Source: Nitrospirota bacterium
GTDB lineage: Bacteria; Nitrospirota; UBA9217
Reading direction: 5' to 3'
Length of the DNA: 64,000 nt
Assembly (NCBI GenBank): GCA_029858565.1
Contig: JAOUEV010000002.1
Coordinates: forward strand, 96,001-160,000
Shown here: piece after piece, positions 47,547 through 56,434 of the stretch
Layout: the number at the start of each line of letters is the position of its first letter
How positions within the stretch are numbered: position 1 is the stretch's first letter
Notes under the pieces: model-generated
Database searches by the model: none
What the model saw: the letters and a program-made list of their open reading frames with translations, nothing else
Told to the model about the DNA's origin: nothing
Position numbers and translations under genes: made by a program

Positions 47547-48989
47547 ATGATGCATTCAACAGTACAATCGAAACAGCAGGCCATCCTGCCGGTGGTTCTG
47601 CTGGTCATGTTCCTCTCCGGCGCCTGTACGCAGCGACCTGCAGGGACAGAACCCCTGCGCCTGCTCGGGACCGATCCCCTCACCGCAGTGTCCGTGACCG
47701 GGTACCACGAGGTCCTTGTAACCTGGATGCAAAGGGGCCTTCGGAACATGACGGCGGTCCATGCGGGGCCGAAGGACGGACTTGCATTCGTCCCGCCTGC
47801 CCGGGTGAAGACGATCAAGGATCTCCTGCAGAACGGGGGCTCCGGCACGGATGTCGGGGACCTGGTCACTGCCGACAACTATCTGTTCCTGGCCCAGCGC
47901 CTCGGTCTGATACGCCGCGTCTTCTGGGTCATTCCCTACCACCATGTCGACTATATCAATGCAGAACTGCGCGTCCAGGCCTTTCTCCGCAACGAGACAT
48001 CCCATTTCAGTCCGCAGGATGTGGGCTCCATGCGGTTCCGGAACGGTTGCGTCTCCGGGACCCTTGCCGGCATCGAGGTGCATGTCTGCAGTCCGACGAC
48101 TCTGCCGCGCCTCGCAGAACCGGCCGTTGTCACGATCGATCCCGGGTTCTTTCCGCTCTATGCGGCGAACCGGGGCCCGAGCGGTCTCGGCGCGACGAAG
48201 GAGTTCTTCGACCTCATGGCAATTAAGCGGATCGGCACCCGGGCAGTGTCGGTCGCCGCTTCCCCGGAGTTCCAGGGGATGCGGGGGTATCTGTCAGAAG
48301 AGATCGTCAGCATCCTGAAGGACCCGGAAATCCTCCAGAGCACGCAGCCGCCTGACCTCTGGGCCCTCCGTGAGCAGGCTGACGGGATGCTGACGCGCGG
48401 GGACGTGAAGGAGGCGGCCGGGCATCTGGAAAAGCATGGTGCTGCGTTTCCCGCCGATCCCTATTTGCATCTGATGCGGTGGACGGCCCAGGCCCTTCTG
48501 TCGAAGAGGGCGTCGGCGCTCAATGCGCTGACGGCTCTCTGCGTGAAGGATCCCGTGCTGTGCAGCGGCATCGTCGATGCCGGCGTCCTGCTCCGGGAAC
48601 AGGGCGACCTGGCCGGAGCGGAGGAATTCCTGAGGAAAGCGGTCTCCCTGCAGCAGCTGCGTCCCGGCCGCGCGCGACGGGAGTACGCGGTCACCCTCTA
48701 CCAGGCAGGAAAGTATGCCGATGCGCAGCGGGAGGCGTCACCCCTGGTTGCCGATCCGGCATACACCGTCGCGGGCGGTCTGCTGCTGGGAGATTGCGCG
48801 TACGCATTGCAGCAGAACGACGAGGCCGTGCGCCGGTACGAAGGAGCGCTCAGTTCCTACCGGGAGGCCGGAGGATACCGACTGAGCAAACGGGAGCAGG
48901 AAAGCATCAGCAGGCTGAAGTCGCTCTATCAGCGGAGGAACGACAAGCGCGGCCTGCGGACCCTGGAGGGAACACCTGCCTTTGAATAG
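47547..48989 (+). CDS. Lipoprotein with a degenerate UPF0489-like domain plus TPRs (paralogue 3)
   Basis: Lipobox LSGAC; HEVLVTWMQRGLRNMTAVH...ADNYLFLAQRLGLIRRVFWVIP...EPAVVTIDPGFF; C-terminal TPRs. Confidence 0.65.
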   Translation: MMHSTVQSKQQAILPVVLLVMFLSGACTQRPAGTEPLRLLGTDPLTAVSVTGYHEVLVTWMQRGLRNMTAVHAGPKDGLAFVPPARVKTIKDLLQNGGSGTDVGDLVTADNYLFLAQRLGLIRRVFWVIPYHHVDYINAELRVQAFLRNETSHFSPQDVGSMRFRNGCVSGTLAGIEVHVCSPTTLPRLAEPAVVTIDPGFFPLYAANRGPSGLGATKEFFDLMAIKRIGTRAVSVAASPEFQGMRGYLSEEIVSILKDPEILQSTQPPDLWALREQADGMLTRGDVKEAAGHLEKHGAAFPADPYLHLMRWTAQALLSKRASALNALTALCVKDPVLCSGIVDAGVLLREQGDLAGAEEFLRKAVSLQQLRPGRARREYAVTLYQAGKYADAQREASPLVADPAYTVAGGLLLGDCAYALQQNDEAVRRYEGALSSYREAGGYRLSKREQESISRLKSLYQRRNDKRGLRTLEGTPAFE

Positions 48990-50463
48990 CGAACTCGAAA
49001 AGGGGACGCCCGCCGCGCCCCGCTCTTTCCGGGAGGTTGCCGAAGGGATCTATCGTTCCTTCCGGCGGCCGCGGGTAACGGTCATCATCATTTCGGCGCT
49101 GCTTGCGCTGTTCCTCTCCGGGCTGCTCATTCCCCAGAAAACGCTCTTCACATCACGGGAACAGTTCGAGCAGTGGAACGCGGACCATCCGCTCCTGTCG
49201 CTGGTGATCACTGGCCTCAAGCTCAATGAGATCTATGTTGCGCCGGTCACCGTGGTCTTCCTGGCGCTCTTTTTCCTGAACCTCCTGGCGGTCCTTGCGC
49301 ACCGGGTCCCCCATGTGCTCAGGCGGGCATATGTCATCGACCGGCGCAGCGCCGTCGAAGGCCTTGAGAAGGTGAAGAACGACCCACAGGCGCACACCAT
49401 CGTCCTGCGCGGGACAACGCAGGGTGCGGCGGGGGTGGCCGCAGGACAGGCTGCTTCGTTCTTCCGGAAGCGGTTCTGGTCCGTGATGACCGCTGATGAC
49501 GGCCGTTCGTTCATCGCCGTCCGGAACCGTCTGTCCCCGTTGGGATTCCTGCTGTTCCATGTCAGTTTTTTTCTGTGTCTTGCCGGCGGGCTTCTCGTGA
49601 TGTACACGCGGTTTTCCGGCAACCTGCTGCTGACCGAGGGGGAGGAATTCCAGTCGAACATCGCGCAGTTCCGGAAGATCAGCCGGGAGCCGAAGATATT
49701 CCATGCGCTTCCGGAGCTCAGGATCGCCTTGCGCAAGGTGTTCCCCACGTATGAAGGCAGCACCGGAACGGACCTGAAGGTCTCGATGCAGATACAGTAT
49801 TTCAAGGAAGCCTTCGAAGCGGTCAGCAGGATCAATGAGCCGATCAGAAAAGGGGCGATCTCGATCCTGCCGGAGAACATCGGGATCTCGCCCCTCTTTG
49901 TCCTGCACGGGCCGGGCGGGGCCGAGGCGTCGGGGGGCTATTTCATCCTGAACGTGTTGAAGGGCGAGGAGGACTCGTTCCAGTTTCCCGACCTTCCCTA
50001 TACCGTCTTTGTGCGGTTCTACCCGGATTTTACCGAAGAGGCAGGCAAGCCGGTCAGCAGGTCACTGGACATAAGAAATCCGGTCTTCCATATCCGGGTG
50101 CAGGAGGGGGAGCGGACGCTTGCCGAGGGCTATCGGAGGCCCGGAGAGGGGATCCGGTTCGGAGCGCATGAGCTCTCCTGCAGCGAGATCCGGTACTGGG
50201 TCGACCTGCTCGTGGTGCGCGAGTACGGGGACACGCCGATCGCGGTGGGATTCATCCTCGGGGCCGTGGGCCTGATCATGCGGCTCATCTTTTACCAGAA
50301 GACCGTTCGCGTGCACATCGAGGAACTCGATGATGCGACCGTCCTGTACGTCGGCGGAAACGGTGAATACTATCAGCATACGTTCCGGGAGGAACTGGAG
50401 CGATTGGCCGCAGCCTTGACCAATGCTCTCCAGCAGACCCGGGAGGGGGGGACGGCACTATGA
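48982..50463 (+). CDS. resB: Cytochrome c biogenesis protein ResB/CcsB
   Basis: GLLIPQ, GFLLFHVS (conserved His), LTEGE, INEP, VREYG plus a TM; adjacent to ccsA. Confidence 0.88.
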   Translation: MNSELEKGTPAAPRSFREVAEGIYRSFRRPRVTVIIISALLALFLSGLLIPQKTLFTSREQFEQWNADHPLLSLVITGLKLNEIYVAPVTVVFLALFFLNLLAVLAHRVPHVLRRAYVIDRRSAVEGLEKVKNDPQAHTIVLRGTTQGAAGVAAGQAASFFRKRFWSVMTADDGRSFIAVRNRLSPLGFLLFHVSFFLCLAGGLLVMYTRFSGNLLLTEGEEFQSNIAQFRKISREPKIFHALPELRIALRKVFPTYEGSTGTDLKVSMQIQYFKEAFEAVSRINEPIRKGAISILPENIGISPLFVLHGPGGAEASGGYFILNVLKGEEDSFQFPDLPYTVFVRFYPDFTEEAGKPVSRSLDIRNPVFHIRVQEGERTLAEGYRRPGEGIRFGAHELSCSEIRYWVDLLVVREYGDTPIAVGFILGAVGLIMRLIFYQKTVRVHIEELDDATVLYVGGNGEYYQHTFREELERLAAALTNALQQTREGGTAL

Positions 50464-51299
50464 GCTGGATCGAACCGATTCTTGCGTGGGGGATCATCTA
50501 TCTGTATGCCATATGTTCGATCCTGCTGCTGACGGCGTTCGTCTTTGAGAAGGACCGCCTCCTCAGGCTGGTCCCCTACATCCTGGTCCCCGCGTTCGTT
50601 GCCCATACCGCGGTCTTCGTCGCGCGCTGGGTGCGGACCGGCTACTTCCCGGCGAACGGGGAGTTCGAGAACGCGATCAGCGGCGGCTGGTTCACCATCC
50701 TGTTGACCCTCGGCCTCTTCTTCCGGAAGAAGGAGCTCTCGGGCGTATCCCTCATCACGGTCCCGGTGACCCTGCTGTTTCTCGGCTACGGGATCATGAA
50801 GAATCCCGCGGCCCTTCCCCATGCTGCCACGCTGAAAAGCTCCTGGCTCGTCATTCACGTGCTCTTTGCGCAGCTTGCATTCGGGGCGTACCTGATCGCA
50901 TCCGGCTTCGGCGTGGTGTACCTCCTCAAGGAGAGCAAGACGCGAACGGGAGGGACCTCGCCGATCTATGACAAGCTGCCACAGCTTACGGTCATCGAGG
51001 AGCTCATGTTCAAGTTCGTGATCTACGGATTCATCGCTGACGCGATCATGATCGCCGCGGGAACGATCTGGGCAAAGGACCTCTGGGGCAGCTACTGGAG
51101 CTGGGACCCCGTCGAGGTCTGGTCACTGGCCTCGTGGCTCATCTACGGGCTCTCGATCCACCTGAAGGTGCAGATGGGCTGGCGGGGCCGCCGGCTGGCT
51201 TGGGTCTACGTGTTCGCGGTCCTCGGTATCATCATTACCTACTGGGGCGTGGACCTGTTCGTGAAGAACACCCAGCATGTCTTCGGTGTTCAGTCGTGA
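50460..51299 (+). CDS. ccsA: Cytochrome c synthase CcsA/ResC
   Basis: SWLVIHV, WWD domain WAKDLWGSYWSWDPVEVW, SIH, C-terminal QHVF. Confidence 0.95.
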   Translation: MSWIEPILAWGIIYLYAICSILLLTAFVFEKDRLLRLVPYILVPAFVAHTAVFVARWVRTGYFPANGEFENAISGGWFTILLTLGLFFRKKELSGVSLITVPVTLLFLGYGIMKNPAALPHAATLKSSWLVIHVLFAQLAFGAYLIASGFGVVYLLKESKTRTGGTSPIYDKLPQLTVIEELMFKFVIYGFIADAIMIAAGTIWAKDLWGSYWSWDPVEVWSLASWLIYGLSIHLKVQMGWRGRRLAWVYVFAVLGIIITYWGVDLFVKNTQHVFGVQS

Positions 51300-51369
51300 A
51301 CGCGGGGGGGCTGCGGCGGATCACCACGACGGACCGGCCGGGACGCGGCACGCGGGAGAAAGGGGTCTG

Positions 51370-53334
51370 ATGCTGCGGCTGGCAATGGATAGGAACCTGC
51401 ACCGCCTTGCCCTCGTCATGCTCTTCATGGTGATCGGTCTCGCCCTGTACGGGCAGGTCATCCTGCACGGTGAGTTCCTGTTCGACGATTTCGAGTATAT
51501 TGTCAACAATCCGATGATCGCCGATGTCCTTTCGCGCGGCAGCATGAGCGATCCGCGGTACGTCGGGTATCTCAGTTTCTCGCTCAATCATGCCGTTGCC
51601 GGCGAGGACCCCGTGGGGTTTCACCTGTTCAACGTCCTGGTGCACATAGCCAACAGCCTGCTGGTCTTTGCCGTGGCCGGCCAGTTGTTCAACATCCTCA
51701 GCGGGTTTGCCGTACCCACGCGGATGACCCGTCAGGCAGCGTTTCTGGCAGCCCTCTTGTTCCTCGTCCATCCGGTGCAGACACAGGCGGTTTCCTACAT
51801 CACCCAGCGATTTACCTCGCTTGCGACGTTCTTCTACCTCCTGACAACGTGGCTGTATCTGAGCGCCCGCATTCGCCTTGAGCGGTACGAAGGTTCCGGA
51901 AGGGCACATGCTTTCTATGCGCTGTCGGTCCTCAGCGCCGTGCTGGCCATGAAGACCAAGGAGATCGCCTTCACGATCCCCTTCATGCTTCTGCTCTTCG
52001 AGGCATTGGTGCTGAATCCGTCGAAGCTCCACCACCGGAAGCGGTTTCTCTATCTTGCCCCCTTTGCCGCAGCATGTCTCATCATCCCGCTCTCGCTCCT
52101 CGGTCCGGACCTGGGGATCAGCAGGCCGGACGACGGCATCGCCGAGGTCACGCGGGCGGCGAAACTCCATGATCTGACCAGCTATCCAGTGCTTCCGTAC
52201 TTTTTCACGCAGATCCGCGTTGTCGTCGTATATATTAGGACACTCCTCCTGCCCGTCGGGCTCCGTGCGGTGTATGATCTCCCGATCTCCTATACCTTCT
52301 GGGACGCCAGGGTCATCGCGTCCTGCATGCTGCTCCTGACGCTTGCCGGCGGCGCGTTCTTCCTGTGGAGGAAAGGCTCCGCTGCCGGAAAGGGGGGTGA
52401 GTCATCGCTGGCCGCCCGGATGATCGCGCTTGGCATCTTCTGGTTCTTCATCGCCCTTTCGGTGGAGTCATCGGTCATCCCGATCAAGGACATCATCTTT
52501 GAGCATCGCATCTACCTGCCCAGCGTCGGATTCCTCATGGCCGGCGCCACCCTGCTCAGCCATATGAGCGAACGGCTCCTCCGGTCACGGGGACGCCTCC
52601 TGACGGTCGGGGCGCCGGTCGTGCTCCTGGCGGTGCCGCTGGCGACAGGGACGTACGTGAGGAACGAGGTCTGGACCGATGAACTGAAGCTGTGGCAGGA
52701 TGTTGTGCAGAAGTCACCGGCGAAGGCCATCGGCTACAACAATCGCGGCGTCTCGTATGCAAAGCGGGGTGCGTTCGAATCGGCCCTGGAGGACCTCACG
52801 AAGGCCATCAGTTTCTATCCAAAGAACATCAATGAGCGGGCGAAATGGGAGAATGCGGACCTGAATGCCGAGAACCTGGCCCGGGTCCTAAGCTCCCGGG
52901 GAGACGTCAACATCGCCCTTGGCAACTATGAACAGGCGCGGGAAGACTTCCGGAAGGCGAAGCAACTTGCCTCCATGCCTGTTGACGTGGACTCCCTGCT
53001 CAGGCTCGCCGACGGGTATGCAAAACGCGGGGCGTATAAGCACGCGATCGAGGAATATAATAAGATCCTGCAGTGGAACCCGGAACATATCGAATCGCTG
53101 AACGACCGGGCAAATGCCTATTCCTATCTCGGACGCTACGATGAAGCGGTCAATGACTTCACGAGGATCATTGCCCTTGACCCGGACTTTATCCTTGCCT
53201 ATCATAACCGGGGCATTGCGCTGTCATGGACCGGAAAGAGCGAACGGGCGATCCGGGATTTCGAGCACGCGTGCACGAGGGGGTTTCGCCCGTCCTGCGA
53301 GAGCATTGAGGTTGCGCGTCAGGGCGGCAGGTAG
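51370..53334 (+). CDS. TMTC-like (DUF1736) GT-C glycosyltransferase with TPRs
   Basis: FLFDD, FHLFNVLVH, VHPVQTQAVSYITQR, MKTKE, EHRIYLPS, TPRs. Confidence 0.88.
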   Translation: MLRLAMDRNLHRLALVMLFMVIGLALYGQVILHGEFLFDDFEYIVNNPMIADVLSRGSMSDPRYVGYLSFSLNHAVAGEDPVGFHLFNVLVHIANSLLVFAVAGQLFNILSGFAVPTRMTRQAAFLAALLFLVHPVQTQAVSYITQRFTSLATFFYLLTTWLYLSARIRLERYEGSGRAHAFYALSVLSAVLAMKTKEIAFTIPFMLLLFEALVLNPSKLHHRKRFLYLAPFAAACLIIPLSLLGPDLGISRPDDGIAEVTRAAKLHDLTSYPVLPYFFTQIRVVVVYIRTLLLPVGLRAVYDLPISYTFWDARVIASCMLLLTLAGGAFFLWRKGSAAGKGGESSLAARMIALGIFWFFIALSVESSVIPIKDIIFEHRIYLPSVGFLMAGATLLSHMSERLLRSRGRLLTVGAPVVLLAVPLATGTYVRNEVWTDELKLWQDVVQKSPAKAIGYNNRGVSYAKRGAFESALEDLTKAISFYPKNINERAKWENADLNAENLARVLSSRGDVNIALGNYEQAREDFRKAKQLASMPVDVDSLLRLADGYAKRGAYKHAIEEYNKILQWNPEHIESLNDRANAYSYLGRYDEAVNDFTRIIALDPDFILAYHNRGIALSWTGKSERAIRDFEHACTRGFRPSCESIEVARQGGR

Positions 53335-53466
53335 AGGGCTTTAATAGATTGCGGGGGCCACCAGGGCCTGGACGGCCTTTACCACGGCCTCCAGACGTGA
53401 CCGGAGGCGATCTCGTCGCGTCGCATCCCTCGGAGATGCGGCCGGGAAGGAATTGGGAAGACGCAC

Positions 53467-55443
53467 ATGCAAGGAACGAATAAGGGCCGCTACCTGCGTA
53501 GCCACCCGACCGTGGGCGTTATAGTCCTTTACGCGGTGGTCGGCTTCATCCTGTATTTTCAGGTGATCAGTGAGGCGGGGTTCGTGTTCGATGATCTCGA
53601 GTATATTGTCGACAACCCGATCCTGTTCGATCTACCGTCGTTGCTCAGGAACTTCAGCGATCCCCGGCAGATCGGCTATCTGTCCTTTGCCATCAACTAT
53701 CTGGTCGGCGGGACGGATCCGCTGGGGTACCACCTGGTCAATGTGGTGATCCATATTGCGAACGCCGTGCTCGTGTTCTTTCTGGTGAGCAGGCTGCTGG
53801 CCTTGGCGGGATGGAGCCGGGAGCAGCTCGGCTCCAGGACCCTGTTCACGCTCCCTGCGGCTGCGGGGCTGCTCTTTCTCGTCCATCCGCTCCAGACCCA
53901 GGCCGTGTCCTATGTGACCCAGCGCTTCACGTCGCTGGCCGTGCTCTTCTATCTCCTTTCCGTCGTGCTGTACCTGGAGGCGCGAGCGAGGATGGACGGA
54001 TCAGGCCAACGGACCCGGGGCATGACGCTGTACTGGCTGGCGGTCCTGAGCGCCCTGCTGGCCATGAAGGTCAAGGAGATATCCTTCACCCTTCCGCTCG
54101 TGATCCTGGCCGTAGAGATCCTCCTGATCGGCGGATACCCGGTGCGGGCGAAGTCGATCTATCTCGTCGTCCCGTTCCTGGCGACCATGGTCATCATTCC
54201 ACTTTCGATCATCGGACCGGAATGGGGGTTGATCGAACGGAGCGTCGGGGTGGCGGAATCGACCCGCGCGCTCAAGATCATCGATCTGACCACGCGCTCT
54301 CCGCTCGAGTATTTCGCCACCCAGATGCGGGTGCTGGTCATCTACCTTCGGCTGCTATTCCTTCCCTATTCACAGAGCGTGGTGTACGAGATCACGGCAT
54401 CGAGAAGCCTCTGGGAGCCGAAGGTCCTGCTCTCGCTCTTCCTGCACCTCAGCCTGTGTGCGGGCGCGGTGGTCCTCTGGTTCCGGTCGAGTCGCGAAGG
54501 GATTTCACGGGCTCCTTTGCTGCGGCTTGCGGCGCTCGGGATCGGCTGGTTCTATGTGACCGCGTCAGTCGAGTCCTCGGTGATCCCCATCAAGGACCTG
54601 ATCTTCGAGCATCGCGCCTACCTTCCCGGCGTCGGGATCCTGATGGCGGTGTGTTCGGCCGCGCTGCTCCTTGCCGGCACGGGTGATGAACGCCGGCTGG
54701 CCGCCCGCTTCCCCATCGCCGTGCTGGCGGTCGTGGTGGTGTTTGGCGGCGCCACGATCGCCAGGAACAAGGTGTGGCTCAACGAACTCGTCCTGTGGGA
54801 CGATGTCATCGTAAAAGCCCCCAACAAGGCGATCGGCTACAATAACCGGGGTAATGCGCTGAAAGGTCTCGGACGGCTAGAGGAGGCGATCCAGGACATC
54901 AACACCACGATCCGCATCGTTGAAAAGACCATCGGCCGTCCGCTCGCCTGGGAAGAGGCGGATTACACGCAGGAGAACCTGGCGAAAACCTACCTTGGCA
55001 GGGCGGAGATCCATCGGGCGCTGGGGGATTACGAACAGGCCGATGCCGACATGCGCACCGCGAAGTTCATGATGATGAGCACGACGCCGATCCCGCTCGA
55101 GCAGGAGCGCGCGCGGGCCGCTTCGCTCTTTGAGCAAGGGGCCTATGCGGAGGCGGTGCAGGTCTACTCCACCATCCTGGCGTGGTTCCCTGATGACCTC
55201 GACGCCATCATCGGCAGGGCGAATGCTTTCGCCGGACGGGGGACGTACGACAACGCCCTGCATGATCTCGATGCAGCTGTCCGGCGCCATCCGGGCTCGC
55301 CCGTGCCGCTCTACTATCGAGGGATCACGTACCTGCGCATGGGGAAGCGGGAAGCAGCGGCAGCGGACCTGGAGCGTTCGTGTACCATGGGCTATCCGCC
55401 TGCCTGCGAAGGCAGGGCCACCATCCGGCAGGGAGAGCGGTGA
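53467..55443 (+). CDS. TMTC-like (DUF1736) GT-C glycosyltransferase with TPRs
   Basis: FVFDD, YHLVNVVIH, VHPLQTQAVSYVTQR, EHRAYLP, TPRs; close paralogue of the previous gene. Confidence 0.88.
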   Translation: MQGTNKGRYLRSHPTVGVIVLYAVVGFILYFQVISEAGFVFDDLEYIVDNPILFDLPSLLRNFSDPRQIGYLSFAINYLVGGTDPLGYHLVNVVIHIANAVLVFFLVSRLLALAGWSREQLGSRTLFTLPAAAGLLFLVHPLQTQAVSYVTQRFTSLAVLFYLLSVVLYLEARARMDGSGQRTRGMTLYWLAVLSALLAMKVKEISFTLPLVILAVEILLIGGYPVRAKSIYLVVPFLATMVIIPLSIIGPEWGLIERSVGVAESTRALKIIDLTTRSPLEYFATQMRVLVIYLRLLFLPYSQSVVYEITASRSLWEPKVLLSLFLHLSLCAGAVVLWFRSSREGISRAPLLRLAALGIGWFYVTASVESSVIPIKDLIFEHRAYLPGVGILMAVCSAALLLAGTGDERRLAARFPIAVLAVVVVFGGATIARNKVWLNELVLWDDVIVKAPNKAIGYNNRGNALKGLGRLEEAIQDINTTIRIVEKTIGRPLAWEEADYTQENLAKTYLGRAEIHRALGDYEQADADMRTAKFMMMSTTPIPLEQERARAASLFEQGAYAEAVQVYSTILAWFPDDLDAIIGRANAFAGRGTYDNALHDLDAAVRRHPGSPVPLYYRGITYLRMGKREAAAADLERSCTMGYPPACEGRATIRQGER

Positions 55444-55504
55444 GCGGATTATAAGATCGCGCGCCTGCGCCGGCGGTCCTGACCGGCCAGGGAGGAGGAA
55501 CAGT

Positions 55505-56434
55505 ATGGCAAAGGTCCTTATTATCAAGCTTGGCTACTCCGAGACCATTGATCCCGAGATCAGCAGGACATCCAGCCTCGGCGATGTTCTGCGGACCACG
55601 GTGATCCTCTATCCCTTCAAGGACAACCATGTCACCTGGCTCGTGGACCAGGCTGCCTATCCGCTGCTCGAGGGCAATCCCTTCATTAAGCGCATACTGG
55701 TCTTCGATCTGGCCACGGTCCTGCAACTCCAGCGGGAGAAGTTCGATACGGTGATCAACCTGGAGAAAGTGCCGGGTGTGTGCGCGTTGGCTGATTCGAT
55801 CTCGGCCTGGAGGCGGTATGGCTTCCGGTTCGATGAGCTCAAGGGCGAGGCGGAGGCTTACGACCGCTGCGAATATATCTTCGACCTCTGCAAGGACTCG
55901 GAGCTCAAGAAGGCTCATAAAGGGAGTTGGCAGCAGATGCTGCTGGAGGTCGTGGGCGCGAAGTGGGATGGCCAGGAATACGTGCTCGGCTACAAGCCGA
56001 AGACGCAGGAAACCTATGATGTGGGGCTGAACTGGGCGGTCGGGTCCAAGTGGCCGAACAAGGCCTGGCCCAAGGAGAACTGGGAAGCGCTCAAGAAGCT
56101 CATGGAGGGGAAGTATTCCTACTCCATGCAGCAAGGGCTTGACAGCCTGCACAAGTATATGGACTGGATCAACTCCTGCCGCCTGCTCGTGACCAATGAC
56201 AGTCTCGGGCTCCATATCGCCCTTGCGCTCAGGAAAAAAGTGGTGGTTCTGTACGGTCCCACGAATCCGAACGAGACCTACTTCTATGGACGGGGAGAGG
56301 TCCTATATCCTTCCGTTGACTATGACTGCGTTCCCTGTCTTGCTCCGGAGTGCACCCAACCACAGGTCTGCATGCAGTTCATCCGGCCTGAAGATGTCAT
56401 ACAACGGATAGATCTGCTGCTGAAAGTGAAATGA
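55505..56434 (+). CDS. Glycosyltransferase family 9 (heptosyltransferase-like)
   Basis: SSLGDVLRTT, KWPNKAWP, VTNDSLGLHIALAL, LYGPT. Confidence 0.88.
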   Translation: MAKVLIIKLGYSETIDPEISRTSSLGDVLRTTVILYPFKDNHVTWLVDQAAYPLLEGNPFIKRILVFDLATVLQLQREKFDTVINLEKVPGVCALADSISAWRRYGFRFDELKGEAEAYDRCEYIFDLCKDSELKKAHKGSWQQMLLEVVGAKWDGQEYVLGYKPKTQETYDVGLNWAVGSKWPNKAWPKENWEALKKLMEGKYSYSMQQGLDSLHKYMDWINSCRLLVTNDSLGLHIALALRKKVVVLYGPTNPNETYFYGRGEVLYPSVDYDCVPCLAPECTQPQVCMQFIRPEDVIQRIDLLLKVK

